A model generated the notes under the pieces. That model did not search any database and had not been told where the DNA came from. It was given only the letters and a program-made list of their open reading frames with translations. From the NCBI GenBank assembly GCA_963806035.1, contig CAWDWO010000011.1, positions 52,899-116,898 on the forward strand: DNA of 64,000 bases, written 5' to 3'. Each line of letters starts with the position of its first letter. Position 1 is the first letter of the stretch. This DNA comes from Candidatus Krumholzibacteriota bacterium (GTDB lineage: Bacteria; Krumholzibacteriota; Krumholzibacteriia; JAJRXK01). A program made the translations under genes and the position numbers. Positions 29,879 through 41,094 of this stretch are shown here, piece by piece.

Positions 29879-31727
29879 CCCCTTCCGTCGGGCCTTCCTC
29901 TCGGCGCGGGTTCTCTGTCTCGAGGCGATGGTGTATTGGGAAGCACCGGGCCGATGGGATCGGCAAATACTTCACTCGGAAACGGCACGACTTTCCCGTT
30001 CTCCAACATGCGCAGGGCCGACTCGGTGGACGCCAGGTTCCTCGCGCGGTCACTGGGAACGAGATTCTGGCTCAACTCGTTGCTCACGGCGCGCCGGCTT
30101 CTGGCGCCCCCGTGAATCGCGTCCAGGAGTCTGCGGGTGGCGAAGTAGGTCTTGAGCGCGAAGGGATTCACTTCGTCGTCGTGGAAGCGGCGCTTCCATA
30201 GAGACTGAAAGCGCTCGCTCTCTCCCGGCGCCATGAGCGCGGTCTCGCTGGGGAAGATGGCGCCTTCCAAAACGTCGCCCGCACCTTCGGCCAGCCGGGG
30301 GCGATTCCAGGTGCTCAGACCCAAGAGTTGAACCTCGAGCTGGTAGAAAGTGAGCTGCGGCGCGATGAGACGCATCTCGCTGGGACCGGCAGGAACGAAG
30401 AGCGCCTCGGGTCCCTTCTCCCGGATACGCTCGATCGGCGCCTTGAAATCGGTGAGCCCGCTCTGGTAGGGCTCGCTGGCCACGATCCGGGCCCCGAGCC
30501 TCTCCGCCTCGGCCGAGAAGATGTTGGCGGCATTTCTGCCCTCATCGGTATCCGGATAGAGAATGGCGAGGCGCCGCCGTAGCAATCTGCGAACTGTGAC
30601 TCGCGCCAACACACGCGTCTCGAACGCTCGCGTGACGTTGGTTTGGAAGATCTCGTCGCCGATCAAGGAGATGTTCTCCTGGGTCGCGGTCGGTGAGATC
30701 AAGGGAACCCGCCGCTCCTGACAAACCACCGCGGCCGCGATCGTGGTGGGAGACAGCAGCGCGCCCACGATGGCCAGTACACCATCGTCGTTGATCAGGG
30801 AACGGGCACTGAGAACGGCCTGGACCCCGTCTCCCGGGTATCCAGCGCGACGAGTTTCAGGTCCTCCTCGAAACTACGATTGTGTTCCTCGAGGGCGAGC
30901 AATGCGCCGTTGTACATGGCCTGTCCCAACGCGGCGTATTCGCCGGTCAAGGGGCAGAGAAGGCCGATGCGATCGACGTAGGCCACGCTCACCGGCCCCG
31001 ATGGTTCGTAGCTCCCCTCGCTCCGGTATTCCGAGAGTATCTGCGCCACCGCTTCACGGTGCTGGCTCTGGGGAAAGCGGGTGAGAAAATCTTCCAGGAG
31101 AGGACCCATCTCCTTGGGTTTGGCGCCCTCGTCGTGCTTTCTCTGCAGATAGACGAAGGACACCTCTTCAGCCGAACTCGTGTTCAGGCTCTCGTCTTTC
31201 AGACGGCCCAGATCACTCACGCTCAACTTCTTTTGGAGCAGCGTCTCGAGCCGCGAGCTGGCTCGATCTTTCGAAGGGAGCTCTCCCGGCTGGTCGAGGT
31301 AATGCACGTAGGCCAGGGCGGCCTCGCGCCATTGCAGTTTTCGATCGTGAATCTGTGCCGTGAGCCACCATGCATCGGGCCGATACAGGGACGCGGGATG
31401 ATGCTGGAGTAGAGAGTCCAAAAGGACCCGCGCCGTGCGATCGTCGCCGAGCTCGTCCGCAGCGCGCGCGCCCAGAAGCAGCACATGGTCTTCGTGTTCG
31501 AATCCGGGGTAGCGATCGAGAATTGCATAGGCCAAGTCCCGAGCCTGGGAGTTCTGTCCGGCCGCACTGGCCGCCAAGAGCTGCTCGTATTCCTTGGAAG
31601 CTTCCCGAGCTTCGTCTTGGCTCAATCCGGCATTCAGACGCGGACTCTTGATCGAGGACGCACACCCGCTGAGAACCAGCGTAACCAGTAGGGTGATCGT
31701 CCAGCTTGCAAAACGGTTTCTGCTCAT
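29875..31727 (-). CDS. Outer-membrane lipoprotein, LpoA/LppC-like (TPR + periplasmic-binding-protein fold), frameshift near 30835
   Basis: Lipobox VLSGC, TPR repeats, IGLLCPLTGEYAALG...ALDTR|GDGVQAV...GVLAIVGALLS...VPLISPTAT. One missing G joins ORFs 30795..31736 and 29875..30768. Confidence 0.8.
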
Positions 31728-31770
31728 CGTCGCCACCTCGAAGCGGGAAAGACGGGCCCGAACTCTGGTC

Positions 31771-32292
31771 TCAACTCGGGTTTTTCAGGTACCAGGTGGC
31801 CAGATCCATGTATTCCTGTGCATGCGCGCGTCGCGCTTGCTCGTTTTCGGGGGGCAGTTCCTTCTTCACCTTGGCGGGAACCCCAGCCACCAGATGATTG
31901 CTGGGAACTCGCATCTTCTCGGGTACCACCGCCCCGGCGGCCACGATGGAGAATTTCTCGATGTGCGCCTGATCGAGCAGAACGCTCTTCATTCCCACGA
32001 GGCAGCCCTCCTCTACCAGGGCGCCATGAATGACGGCATGATGACCCACCGAAACTTCGTTTTGCAGAACCGTGGTACTGTAGTCCGTGGTCGAGTGAAG
32101 CATGCAACCGTCTTGAATGTTGCTCCCCCGGCCGACGCGGATGAGGCCGCAATCTCCGCGCAGGACGCTTCCCCACCATATGTTGACGTCATCCTCGATG
32201 ATGACTTCGCCAATGATCACCACGTCATCGGCCAAGTATACGTTCTTCCCGATTTGAGGACTCATTCCTCGGTAGGGCCTGATGATGGCCAT
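31771..32292 (-). CDS. Gamma carbonic anhydrase family protein (YrdA/PaaY-like)
   Basis: Hexapeptide repeats, VLRGD, SNIQDG.MLH, VGHHAVIHGA. Confidence 0.92.
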   Translation of the reverse strand: MAIIRPYRGMSPQIGKNVYLADDVVIIGEVIIEDDVNIWWGSVLRGDCGLIRVGRGSNIQDGCMLHSTTDYSTTVLQNEVSVGHHAVIHGALVEEGCLVGMKSVLLDQAHIEKFSIVAAGAVVPEKMRVPSNHLVAGVPAKVKKELPPENEQARRAHAQEYMDLATWYLKNPS

Positions 32293-32826
32293 TCGCCACC
32301 CTCCTCGTCGAAATCGTCTGGAGACTCCGGCTCATCCCGGTCAGCTTTTCTCTGCACGTCGCGGATGAGATTCTCGACGACTTGCTGCGTGTCGATACTC
32401 TCTTCGGCCTCCAGCATGTTCTCCGCTTGCTCCTCCGCGACCTTCCTGGAGAGAAAGATGGGCGACTCGCAACGAAGCGCGAGGGCGATGGAATCGCTGG
32501 GACGGGCGTCGATGGCGATGACCTCGTGCCCCCGCGCCAGGTAGAGACGAGCGAAATAGGTGTTGCCCTGGATGTCGGTCACCACGACTCGACTGAGCTT
32601 CCCCGAGACCATCGACGATCTGCTGCATGAGGTCATGCGTCAAAGGGCGCTGAAAACGGCGCCCCGCGAGCACCATGGCGATCGCGTTGGCTTCGGCGTC
32701 TCCGATCCATATGGGAAGATGGCGTTTGGTACCCAGGACCTGCAGCAGGACCACGGGGGCCTCGGTCTTGGCATCACGAACCAGGGCGCTCACGCGAACT
32801 TCGATGAGTGCGGATGTGGAATCCAC
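32262..32826 (-). CDS. Bifunctional nuclease family protein (DUF151), frameshift near 32603
   Basis: PVVLL...LPIWIGDAEANAIA...RPLTHDL in one frame, continuing as VVVTDIQGNTYFARL...IDARPSDSIALALR in another; the shift is in a G run. Confidence 0.88.
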
Positions 32827-32843
32827 CAGGAACCCTCTTGGCG

Positions 32844-33341
32844 TCAGTAGACGGTGAACGCGACCGAATCGAGAACGACTCCGTCGGGGGTCATGATCTT
32901 CACTTCCCAGCTTCCGGTCCACGAGGGGAGGATGCGTTTCGTGCTCCAGGTTCTCCAGGAATCGCTTCCAACCTCCAGCTCGACGCGCGCGCGCGTCTGT
33001 CCGTCGTGGATCCACGCGTGGACGATCTTCGTTCCCTTGCCGTGCACCACGCGGCAAAAGCAGCTCAGGCTTCCGACGTCGGAGGGAAACCGGTCGCCCG
33101 CTTCGACCGGTTTGCGGTCCTCGACCGCGCGACAGACGGCCGCGTTGACGACCTTAGGGCCGTGCGCCTGCTTCAAGCTATCCGCGGGAGTCTCCGGGTT
33201 GGGCTTCTGCTGGGGATCTCCCACCGCTTTCAGGCTCGCCGAGGACCGGCCGGGAAGCACGGCGGAGAGCGCGCAAACGACGAGAAGAGCGAGTGAGAGG
33301 GCAAGGATCTTGGGCTCGAATGCACGGAATCGGCGGCTCAT
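32844..33341 (-). CDS. Secreted DUF2914-domain protein
   Basis: Signal peptide; VEDRKPV...IVHAWIHDG...LEVGSDSWRTWSTKRI...WTGSWEVKI. Confidence 0.82.
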   Translation of the reverse strand: MSRRFRAFEPKILALSLALLVVCALSAVLPGRSSASLKAVGDPQQKPNPETPADSLKQAHGPKVVNAAVCRAVEDRKPVEAGDRFPSDVGSLSCFCRVVHGKGTKIVHAWIHDGQTRARVELEVGSDSWRTWSTKRILPSWTGSWEVKIMTPDGVVLDSVAFTVY

Positions 33342-33392
33342 CGCAACTCTCCTTGCATGGGTTCGAGAACTCCATCGAAGTTCTCAAAGGAC

Positions 33393-33420
33393 ACTATACC
33401 GGCTTCCATCGCGATAGCAA
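33393..33420 (-). promoter_or_regulatory. Putative sigma70 promoter of the DUF2914 operon
   Basis: TTGCTA-16 bp-TATAGT. Confidence 0.5.
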
Positions 33421-33460
33421 CCGTCTGCCCCAGCCCGAAAATGGGCGCAAGCGGGCAGCC

Positions 33461-34699
33461 TCACTTCCCCTTTTGCGACTGAATCTGCTTCTGGATCTCC
33501 TCGGCCGAGCTGCCGCCGGTGTTCTCCAAGCCGGATTTCCCCATGTTCTTGAGCATCCACTTGGCGTCTTCGACGTACTTGCTGTCCGGATACTTGGTGA
33601 TCAGCCGGTTGAACTCCTGGAAAGCGAAGTTGGGCTGATGAAGTTGTTCACTATAAATGAAGCCGGCCGTGAACAGCGATTCATCCGCGAGTTCGGAGTC
33701 GGGGAAGTTGTCGGCAATTTGATTGTAGTAGTCGATCTTCGTCTGGGCGTCGTTGATCTCCGAGGCCCTCTTGTACAGGTCCTCGGCGGTATCCGCGGCG
33801 ACCTTCTTGTATTTCCCGAAGCGCTGCACGGAGTACTCCTGCTCGAGCTTCTGCACCGCCCTCTTGTAATCACGACGGCGGACCACCGAACGCAGTCTCT
33901 CGACGACGCGCGGCTTGACCTCGTCGAGGGGAGGAATCTTGCCCTCGACCTTGCTTCCGGCGCGGATGATTTCCCAGCGACCATTGATGAGCACCGGCTT
34001 GGAGTAGTCCTGGTATCCGAGGGAAAATGCGATCTTGTTGAAATCTGTGTGAATGCCCACGCCCATGACGAACCCGTCAGGATTGATCCAGCCGATCATG
34101 CCGTGAGTGGCTTGGGTGTTCGGGTCTTCGTTGTACTTGTCGGCCACGGCATCCCAGGCTTGTCCTGCCTTCAAACCGGAATAAGCCGTTTCGATCTTCG
34201 ATTTCTCCTTGCAACTGATGTGCGAGGCGAGGACCCGGGGAAGCGTCTTGAACTCTTCCTTGTTGTTCTCGTAGTAGGCTTTGACGGTTTGCTCGTCCGG
34301 CTCCGAGCTGGCCGCGAGCTGGTCGGTATAGGCCTTCCTCAGTACTTGCCGGCGCACGATGTCGAGCTGGGTCTGAACCGTGGGATCCTGGTCGAGGTGT
34401 TCGTCGAGGGCCTTCTTGTAGAGCACCGTTTCTTCGATGATCTGATCGAGGAAGCGGTCCTTCCAACCCTCGCCGCTGAATACCTTCCGTTCCGCCTCGC
34501 TCAGTTGATCGTAGCGCTTGTCGAAATAGCCCTGAGTAATTTCGACATCCCCCACTTTCGCGATGACTTGGGTGAAGTCCTTGGAGGGCTGGACCGAGGA
34601 ACTCGCACTCGAACTCCTATCCGCGCTCTTCTCGCTCTGACAAGCCGCGAGCACCATCAGGCTCGCAAGTACTGTGAACCAACGGAATCCTCGCAACAT
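33461..34699 (-). CDS. Lipoprotein foldase, PrsA/parvulin-type PPIase with C-terminal TPR
   Basis: Lipobox LAAC, VIAKVGDVEIT, YYENNKEEF, ASHIS, KYNEDP..GMIGW, TPR (FPDSELADESLF, YPDSKYVEDA); ATG 34699 with GGAGG SD. Confidence 0.85.
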   Translation of the reverse strand: MLRGFRWFTVLASLMVLAACQSEKSADRSSSASSSVQPSKDFTQVIAKVGDVEITQGYFDKRYDQLSEAERKVFSGEGWKDRFLDQIIEETVLYKKALDEHLDQDPTVQTQLDIVRRQVLRKAYTDQLAASSEPDEQTVKAYYENNKEEFKTLPRVLASHISCKEKSKIETAYSGLKAGQAWDAVADKYNEDPNTQATHGMIGWINPDGFVMGVGIHTDFNKIAFSLGYQDYSKPVLINGRWEIIRAGSKVEGKIPPLDEVKPRVVERLRSVVRRRDYKRAVQKLEQEYSVQRFGKYKKVAADTAEDLYKRASEINDAQTKIDYYNQIADNFPDSELADESLFTAGFIYSEQLHQPNFAFQEFNRLITKYPDSKYVEDAKWMLKNMGKSGLENTGGSSAEEIQKQIQSQKGK

Positions 34700-34734
34700 A
34701 CTGGCTACCTCCGCCATGGTCTGAAAGCTCGGCT

Positions 34735-35823
34735 CTACTGGAGATCTCCGCGGCCCTCGCGCTGCAGAGCCTCCAAAACTAGCCTGACGTCTTGTGATCG
34801 CTTCGCATCGCATACCAGGGTGGCGTCTTTGGTCTGGACAACGATGATATCCTTTACACCCAAGAGCGCGGTGAATCGCTCGGGACCGTATACGACGCAG
34901 TCTTGGCTCGAAAGTGCGAGCACCTCACCACGGCTGCAATTCCCGTCCTTGTCGAGCGGCCACAATTCACGCATGGAGACCCATTGCCCCACGTCGTTCC
35001 AGGAGAAGCTCGCGGGCAAAACCACCACGTTCTTGGCCTTTTCCATCAGAGCATAGTCGATGGAAATCGACGGCGCTTCTTGGTAAGTGGTTTTCAACGC
35101 CTTTGAAAACTCGGAGGTTCCCACCTCGCCCGAGGCCGCGCAGCGTTCGACTGAATCGATCAAGTCGGGCAGTTCCCGCCTCAATCCGCCCAGGACGACG
35201 GAGGGACGCCAGGCGAAGATTCCGGAGTTCCAGAGATGCCGTCCGCCCTCCAGGTATTGCGTCGCCGTGGGAAGATCGGGCTTCTCGGTGAAGGCGGCCA
35301 CCCAGCGCGCCGGAGCGGCGCTGGCAAAAGGCTCCCCTTGTTCGATATAGCCGTATCCCGTCTCCGGTCGCGAAGGAGTCACGCCGAAGGTCAGCAGCAC
35401 CTCGTTGTCCCTGGTGATGGCGAAAGCCTGGTTCAGAGCGCGCTGAAATTCCGCGGCGGGAGCGATGATGTGGTCGCTGGGCAGGACCGCGAAAGGCACA
35501 TCCCCCGCCCTCTCTTGCACCAGAGCGGCGGCAAGGCCCACCGCGCAGGCCGTGTTGCGGCCCACCGGCTCGGCAATGATCTGCGCCGCGGGAACTCTCG
35601 GGGCCTGCTTCCTCACCTTTTCCGCCAGCACCTCGCTGGTGAGGATCCACTGATTCGCCGCCGGCACCAGAGGTTCGAGACGCTCCAGGGTCAGCGCCAA
35701 GAGGCTGCCGTCACCGGTGAGATCCAGAAGTTGCTTGGGCTGCTCGCGCCGCGATAGTGGCCAGAAGCGTGTCCCCCGACCTCCGGCCAGGATGACCGCG
35801 TGTCCTTCAGGGCCCTTGCTCAT
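34735..35823 (-). CDS. manC: Mannose-1-phosphate guanylyltransferase
   Basis: ILAGGRGTRFWPLSR..PKQ, EPVGRNTA, PSDH, PETGYGYI, FTEKP, WNSGIF, SIDYALMEK. Confidence 0.95.
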   Translation of the reverse strand: MSKGPEGHAVILAGGRGTRFWPLSRREQPKQLLDLTGDGSLLALTLERLEPLVPAANQWILTSEVLAEKVRKQAPRVPAAQIIAEPVGRNTACAVGLAAALVQERAGDVPFAVLPSDHIIAPAAEFQRALNQAFAITRDNEVLLTFGVTPSRPETGYGYIEQGEPFASAAPARWVAAFTEKPDLPTATQYLEGGRHLWNSGIFAWRPSVVLGGLRRELPDLIDSVERCAASGEVGTSEFSKALKTTYQEAPSISIDYALMEKAKNVVVLPASFSWNDVGQWVSMRELWPLDKDGNCSRGEVLALSSQDCVVYGPERFTALLGVKDIIVVQTKDATLVCDAKRSQDVRLVLEALQREGRGDLQ

Positions 35824-37190
35824 GTGCCGCGCACCAGTTCGTCCTGGGCCTTGGCAATCGCGGCTTCGAGCTGTTTCAGATAATCCAGCTTGAGCGTTTC
35901 GTCGCTCGCCTCAGCTCGTAGCACCAGCGCCGGCTGCGTGTTGCTGGCACGCACCAAACCCCAGCCGTTGCCGAAAGTCACTCTCGCCCCGTCGATGTCG
36001 TTCACCTCGTGCTCGCGCTCGAAGTGCTCTTTCACTTTGGCCACGACCTCGAACTTCAACTCGTCGGGGCAATCGACCCGGATCTCGGGAGTGGCGACCA
36101 GAGTCGGTACGTCGGCCAGTCGACTGCTGAGGGGGTTTTTGTCGCGTGACACGATCTCCAAGAGGCGCAGAGTGGCGAAGAGGGCATCGTCGAAGCCGTA
36201 CCAATTCTCGGCGAAGAACACGTGCCCGCTCATTTCTCCCGCCAGCAGCGCACCGCTCTCGTGCATCTTCTCCTTGATCAGGGAATGACCCGTCTTCCAG
36301 AGGATCGGAGTCCCACCCTTGGCTGCAATCTCATCGATGAGGGTCTGGCTACACTTGACGTCGAAGATGATCCCGCTGCCGGGATGGCGCTGCAGGAGGT
36401 CGCGCCCGTAGAGCATGAGCAGACGGTCGCCCCAGAGGACCTCACCCTTCTCGTCCAGCACACCGATGCGATCCGCGTCGCCGTCGTATGCAATCCCCAA
36501 TTCGAGCTTCTCGGCCAGAACACACTTCCTGAGATCCTCCAGGTTTTCCGGCATCGTAGGATCGGGGTGATGGTTGGGAAAGGTGCCGTCCGGCTCGTCG
36601 AAGAGCGCTACGGGTTTCAGGTGCAGACGCGAAAAGAGAGCGGATGCAACGAGTGAGGCCGCGCCGTTCCCACTATCGTAGGCGAAGCGGATGGGGCGCT
36701 CGATCTTCACGCGCGATGTCGCATCGTCCAGGTAGGGCTGGATGATGCCGCGGCTTTCTACGCGGCCTTCGCCGGATTCGAAATCTTCCTTCTCCATGAG
36801 CGTGCGCAGCTCACGGATCTGATCGCCGTAGAAACTGCGCCCGTGCAGCACGATCTTGAATCCGTTGAACTCTGGCGGGTTGTGACTGCCCGTGATACAG
36901 ACCCCGGCCTGCTCCTCACCCGTTGCAACGGCGTGGTAGAACACTCCGGTGGGTGCGGCGCCGAAGTCCACGACGACGCATCCCGCCTGCATCAAGCCGT
37001 CGGCAAGCCACTCGAAGAGGGTCTCGCCGCTCGGTCGCACGTCCCGGGCAACGCCGATCCGCGTGGCGCCGGCACGCTGGAAGGCCGTGCCCAGACCGCG
37101 CCCCAGACACCGTACGAATTCGGGCGTGAGATCGTTCTCGACCTCACCCCGAATGTCGTATTCACGGAAGACGTGTACCGGTGTCTTCAT
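35820..37190 (-). CDS. manB: Phosphomannomutase/phosphoglucomutase
   Basis: FREYDIRG, ITGSHNP, FPNHHPDP, DGDADR, GEMSGH, LVRASNT; an alternative TTG start lies at 37199. Confidence 0.95.
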   Translation of the reverse strand: MKTPVHVFREYDIRGEVENDLTPEFVRCLGRGLGTAFQRAGATRIGVARDVRPSGETLFEWLADGLMQAGCVVVDFGAAPTGVFYHAVATGEEQAGVCITGSHNPPEFNGFKIVLHGRSFYGDQIRELRTLMEKEDFESGEGRVESRGIIQPYLDDATSRVKIERPIRFAYDSGNGAASLVASALFSRLHLKPVALFDEPDGTFPNHHPDPTMPENLEDLRKCVLAEKLELGIAYDGDADRIGVLDEKGEVLWGDRLLMLYGRDLLQRHPGSGIIFDVKCSQTLIDEIAAKGGTPILWKTGHSLIKEKMHESGALLAGEMSGHVFFAENWYGFDDALFATLRLLEIVSRDKNPLSSRLADVPTLVATPEIRVDCPDELKFEVVAKVKEHFEREHEVNDIDGARVTFGNGWGLVRASNTQPALVLRAEASDETLKLDYLKQLEAAIAKAQDELVRGT

Positions 37191-37195
37191 CCGGA

Positions 37196-37636
37196 TCAAG
37201 CCCGCTCGATGGTGACCTGGACCTCGACTTCGATGTCTCGATGAACCCGGACCCCGACCGCGTAGGTTCCCAACTTCTTCAACGGCTCTTCCAGGATCAC
37301 CTGCTTGGCATCGATTGCATGGCCCAGCTTTTCAAGAGCCGCGGAGATCATCGCGGCGGACACGCTACCGTAGAGATTTTCCTCTCCAGCGGCGGCGGTA
37401 ATGGTAACCGCGGCGCCCTGCATCGACTCGGCGAGTCCCTGCGCCTGTTCGCGCTGTTGCTCATCCCTCGTTTCGAAGGCCTTGAGCTGGCTCTCCAGCT
37501 CCCTTTCCTTCGCCAAGGAGGCCTGTATGGCCAGTCCCCGAGGAAACAGATAGTTACGCGCATAACCGCGAGCGACGCCGACCTTGGCGCCCCGGCGCCC
37601 GAGTTTCTGCACGTCATGAAGCAAAATGACATCCAT
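37196..37636 (-). CDS. rplI: 50S ribosomal protein L9
   Basis: MDVILLHDV.KLG, GYARNYLFP, LYGSVS. Confidence 0.97.
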   Translation of the reverse strand: MDVILLHDVQKLGRRGAKVGVARGYARNYLFPRGLAIQASLAKERELESQLKAFETRDEQQREQAQGLAESMQGAAVTITAAAGEENLYGSVSAAMISAALEKLGHAIDAKQVILEEPLKKLGTYAVGVRVHRDIEVEVQVTIERA

Positions 37637-37645
37637 GATGGCCTC

Positions 37646-37906
37646 CTATCGGTAGTACTCGCGTACGTAAGGAAGGAGTGCCAGGTGACGCGCTCGTTTC
37701 ACCGCGGTGGCGAGCATGCGCTGATACTTGGCTTTCGTTCCCGTGTTACGCCGGGGTGAGATCTTCCCGCGTTCGGTGACGAAACGCTTCAAGAGCTCGA
37801 TGTCCTTGTAGTCGATGCAGGCGTATCCATGTTCGGTGAAGTAGCACTTCTTCTTGCGGCCGAAACGATCTCGTTCACGTCGTTTCGCTCTTGGTTTAGC
37901 GGCCAT
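37646..37906 (-). CDS. rpsR: 30S ribosomal protein S18
   Basis: [39 protein letters not shown]. Confidence 0.97.
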   Translation of the reverse strand: MAAKPRAKRRERDRFGRKKKCYFTEHGYACIDYKDIELLKRFVTERGKISPRRNTGTKAKYQRMLATAVKRARHLALLPYVREYYR

Positions 37907-38261
37907 CGGATGCCCCCTCGCTGCGGCTACGCTGCTCGGCCCTCTTGGCCAGAGCGACTCTGTTGCGCTCGTCCCACTCCTCATCGATCACGATGAGATG
38001 GCGTAACACTCGGTCGTCGAGGCGATAATCTCGATCAGCCTCTTGCACCAGGGTGTTGTCCCCCTTGAAGCGATAGAGGTAGTAGTCCCCCGTCGTCTGC
38101 TTTCGGATCTCGTAGGCCAATTTCTTGGTGCCCCAAGGGTCCTTCAGCGTGATTTCTCCGCCGTGGTTCTTCACGCTCGACTCGAAACGGTCGAGAATCG
38201 CGTTCACGTCCGACTCGGGCATTCCCGACCTCAGAACGACGACGCATTCATATTTCTGCAC
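37896..38261 (-). CDS. rpsF: 30S ribosomal protein S6
   Basis: GTG start [28 protein letters not shown]. Confidence 0.96.
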   Translation of the reverse strand: MQKYECVVVLRSGMPESDVNAILDRFESSVKNHGGEITLKDPWGTKKLAYEIRKQTTGDYYLYRFKGDNTLVQEADRDYRLDDRVLRHLIVIDEEWDERNRVALAKRAEQRSRSEGASDGR

Positions 38262-38265
38262 GGAT

Positions 38266-38318
38266 CTTCTCCCTTCGGTCTCAAGCGGCCCGGCGCGTAG
38301 GCGCCGGACAGGGATTGT
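38266..38318 (-). promoter_or_regulatory. S6:S18 ribosomal protein leader RNA (autoregulatory)
   Basis: AUCCCUG-UCCGGCGC-CUAC-GCGCCGGG-CCGCUUGAGACCGAAGGGAG. Same layout as the known rpsF leaders as recalled: hairpin, then CCG motif, with the 5' UCCCU pairing to the SD. Confidence 0.8.
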
Positions 38319-38382
38319 GCCGCGAATCAACGAGCTTACGGGACCGCTCTTCGCGGCGCAAGGACGGCCCCGTGTCCTTTGA

Positions 38383-40428
38383 TCAGCCGATGAACCAGGG
38401 CAAGAAAACCAGTGCCACCACGGTCATCAACTTGATGAGAATGTTCAGCGAGGGACCCGAAGTGTCCTTGAAAGGATCTCCCACCGTGTCGCCAACCACG
38501 GCGGCGCGATGCGCCTCGGAGCCCTTTCCCCCGTATTCCCCACCCTCGATGTATTTCTTGGCGTTGTCCCAGGCTCCGCCGGCGTTGGCCATGAAGATGG
38601 CCATCATCACTCCGCTGACCAGCGCGCCGGCCAAGAGACCACCCAGCGCCTCGATGCTCCAGAAGCCCACCAAGAGCGGCGCGGCGATGGCCATGAGACC
38701 AGGCAGCACCATCTGCTTGAGCGATCCCGCGGTGGAGATCGCGACACAGCGCGCCGCGTCGGGTTTGCCGGTACCTTCCATGAGCCCGGGGATTTCCTTA
38801 AACTGGCGGCGAATTTCTTCCACCATCTTGTTGGCCGCCTGTCCGACCGCGCGCATCGTGAGAGCGCTGAAGAGGAAAGGCAAAAAGCCGCCGATCAGAA
38901 GTCCGAGAATCACGTTGGTGCTGTTGATGTCCAGAACCTGCGCCTTCCCCGCGGGCAAACCCTGCAGCATGCCGGCGCGAGTGCAGAAGGCGTTGAAGAG
39001 GGCCAAGGCGGTGAGTGCGGCCGAACCGATCGCAAACCCCTTGCCGATCGCCGCGGTGGTGTTCCCCACTGCGTCGAGAGCATCGGTGCGATTGCGTACC
39101 TCTTCGGGCAACTCCGCCATCTCGGCCAAGCCACCCGCGTTGTCGGCGACGGGGCCGTAGGCATCGATGCCCAGGGAAATGCCCAGGGTCGAGAGCATTC
39201 CGACCGCGGCCAGCGCCACTCCATAGACCCCAGCCAAGACATAAGAGACGTAGATTCCCACGCAGATGAACGCGACCGGCAGAGCAACCGACTCCATCCC
39301 GACCGCCAGACCGGCGATGATGTTGGTCGCCGCGCCCGTTTGACTCTGCTTGGCGATCCCGCGCGCCGGATTGGTTTCCGTACTGGTGTAGTACTCGGTG
39401 ATCTTCCCGATGGCGACACCGACGATGAGACCGGCCACGATCGCGCCCCAGAGTTTCCACGCCACCATGCCGGCCGGAAGACTCAGACGGCCAATGACGA
39501 ACCACTCCGCGATGATGACCAAGACCGTGGCGATCAACAGCCCACGGAAGAGCGCGCTGTGCAGCCCTTTCTCATCCCTCGCGGAAACGAAGAAAGTCCC
39601 CACGATCGAGGCGATGATGCCGACCCCTGCCGTGATCAGGGGCAAGAGCACCATGGAGGTGTTCGCCGAGAACAAAAAGGCTCCGAGAGTCATGGCGGCC
39701 ACGATCGAACCCACGAACGATTCGAAGAGATCCGCCCCCATTCCCGCCACGTCGCCGACGTTGTCCCCGACGTTGTCGGCGATGGTCCCCGGATTGCGTG
39801 GATCGTCTTCGGGGATCCCGGCCTCGATTTTCCCCACCAGATCGGCGCCGACGTCGGCCGCCTTGGTGAAGATGCCGCCCCCAACGCGGGCGAAGAGGGC
39901 AATACTGGAAGCACCAAAGCTGAAGCCCAGAACGTTCTCCAGCACCTTCGAATCGAAGATGCCGCCGTGAGAAAATACGAGCGTGAAGATGCTGAGTCCC
40001 AGGACGGCCAGCCCGACCACGCTCATGCCCATGACCACTCCGGACGAGAAACTGATGCCCAGAGCGGAGGTCAAACTATCGCGGGCAGCTTGAGTAGTGC
40101 GGACCGCGGCGCGAGTTGCGGTGTGCATGCCGAAGTAGCCAGCCAGCGCCGAGGCGAAGGCTCCCGAGAGGAAAGCGATCGCGGTCTTGGGACCGAGGCC
40201 ATTCTCCGCGGACGAGAAGAAGATGGCGCCGAAAACGACGATGACGAAGACCGCGAGCCACCGGTATTCGGCTTTGAGAAACGAAGCCGCACCCTCCTGG
40301 ACCTGCTGCGAGATCTCCTGCATCCGATCGGAACCGCTGTCGCGCCGCATGATCGCTCCGTACTTGATCAGAGCGAAGATCAGCGCGATGACGGCCGTGA
40401 GCGCCGCGGCTGCAAGCGTCATGTTCAT
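38383..40428 (-). CDS. hppA: Membrane-integral pyrophosphatase, K+-dependent type (probably Na+-translocating)
   Basis: [61 protein letters not shown] (Ala indicates K+-dependent), [14 protein letters not shown]. Confidence 0.96.
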   Translation of the reverse strand: MNMTLAAAALTAVIALIFALIKYGAIMRRDSGSDRMQEISQQVQEGAASFLKAEYRWLAVFVIVVFGAIFFSSAENGLGPKTAIAFLSGAFASALAGYFGMHTATRAAVRTTQAARDSLTSALGISFSSGVVMGMSVVGLAVLGLSIFTLVFSHGGIFDSKVLENVLGFSFGASSIALFARVGGGIFTKAADVGADLVGKIEAGIPEDDPRNPGTIADNVGDNVGDVAGMGADLFESFVGSIVAAMTLGAFLFSANTSMVLLPLITAGVGIIASIVGTFFVSARDEKGLHSALFRGLLIATVLVIIAEWFVIGRLSLPAGMVAWKLWGAIVAGLIVGVAIGKITEYYTSTETNPARGIAKQSQTGAATNIIAGLAVGMESVALPVAFICVGIYVSYVLAGVYGVALAAVGMLSTLGISLGIDAYGPVADNAGGLAEMAELPEEVRNRTDALDAVGNTTAAIGKGFAIGSAALTALALFNAFCTRAGMLQGLPAGKAQVLDINSTNVILGLLIGGFLPFLFSALTMRAVGQAANKMVEEIRRQFKEIPGLMEGTGKPDAARCVAISTAGSLKQMVLPGLMAIAAPLLVGFWSIEALGGLLAGALVSGVMMAIFMANAGGAWDNAKKYIEGGEYGGKGSEAHRAAVVGDTVGDPFKDTSGPSLNILIKLMTVVALVFLPWFIG

Positions 40429-40507
40429 GGACTACTCATCCTCCATCCGTTGAGGCGGCTCCCGTCGGGAACCAGAACCGCCGTTTTCCGCTCCAGAGCC
40501 GAGACAT

Positions 40508-41092
40508 TCAGCCATTGAAGCGAGCCATGGTCGACTTGGGGCCGTGAAGGACCCAGTGCTCGAAGCCATCCGCCGCCCTCGTCAGCAGCGCCTCGACGGC
40601 TTCCCACTCTTCTTCCGCGAAATCCTCGAGAACGTAGTCCGCGAGGTCCTCTCCACTGGGGCCGGGCCCCACTCCCATGCGCAAGCGCGGAAAGTCTTGC
40701 CGCCCCAATTTCTCGATGATCGACTTCAAGCCGTTGTGACCTCCCGCGCTCCCTTCCGGACGCAGCCGCAGCCGGCCCAAGGGAAGATTCACGTCGTCGA
40801 CGGCCACCATCATCTCGAAATCCTGCGGCTTCTCGATCGCCAAGTACTGGCGTACCGCGCGGCCACTGAGATTCATGTACGTCGTGGGCTTGATCACTCG
40901 GATCCGGCGCCCCTCAAGCGAATACTCTGCGTGAAAATACTCGGCTCGCCCCGCTCTGAAGGAGAGGCGATGCCGCCGCGCCAAGAGGTCCGCCAGGAGC
41001 CAGCCCAGGTTGTGTCGGGTTCGTTCGTAGCGGCCGCCGGGGTTTCCCAAGCAGAAGAGTAACCACTCTCCGACTTCCGCCGAATCCACCAC
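40508..41092 (-). CDS. pth: Peptidyl-tRNA hydrolase
   Basis: LGNPG..YERTRHNLG, KPTTYMNLSG, SAGGHNGLKSI. Confidence 0.96.
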   Translation of the reverse strand: MVDSAEVGEWLLFCLGNPGGRYERTRHNLGWLLADLLARRHRLSFRAGRAEYFHAEYSLEGRRIRVIKPTTYMNLSGRAVRQYLAIEKPQDFEMMVAVDDVNLPLGRLRLRPEGSAGGHNGLKSIIEKLGRQDFPRLRMGVGPGPSGEDLADYVLEDFAEEEWEAVEALLTRAADGFEHWVLHGPKSTMARFNG

Positions 41093-41094
41093 GC

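Noticed and set aside
33365..33385. GAGAACT-N7-AGTTCTC inverted repeat as a LexA box
   Set aside because: Spacing does not fit GAAC-N4-GTTC and the downstream genes are not SOS genes; more likely a small 5' hairpin.
38509..40518. Long plus-strand ORFs antisense to real genes (also 13824..15440, 33293..35056, 44721..46280, 61366..63048)
   Set aside because: Shadow ORFs expected at high GC; no recognisable motifs, and they fully overlap conserved genes.
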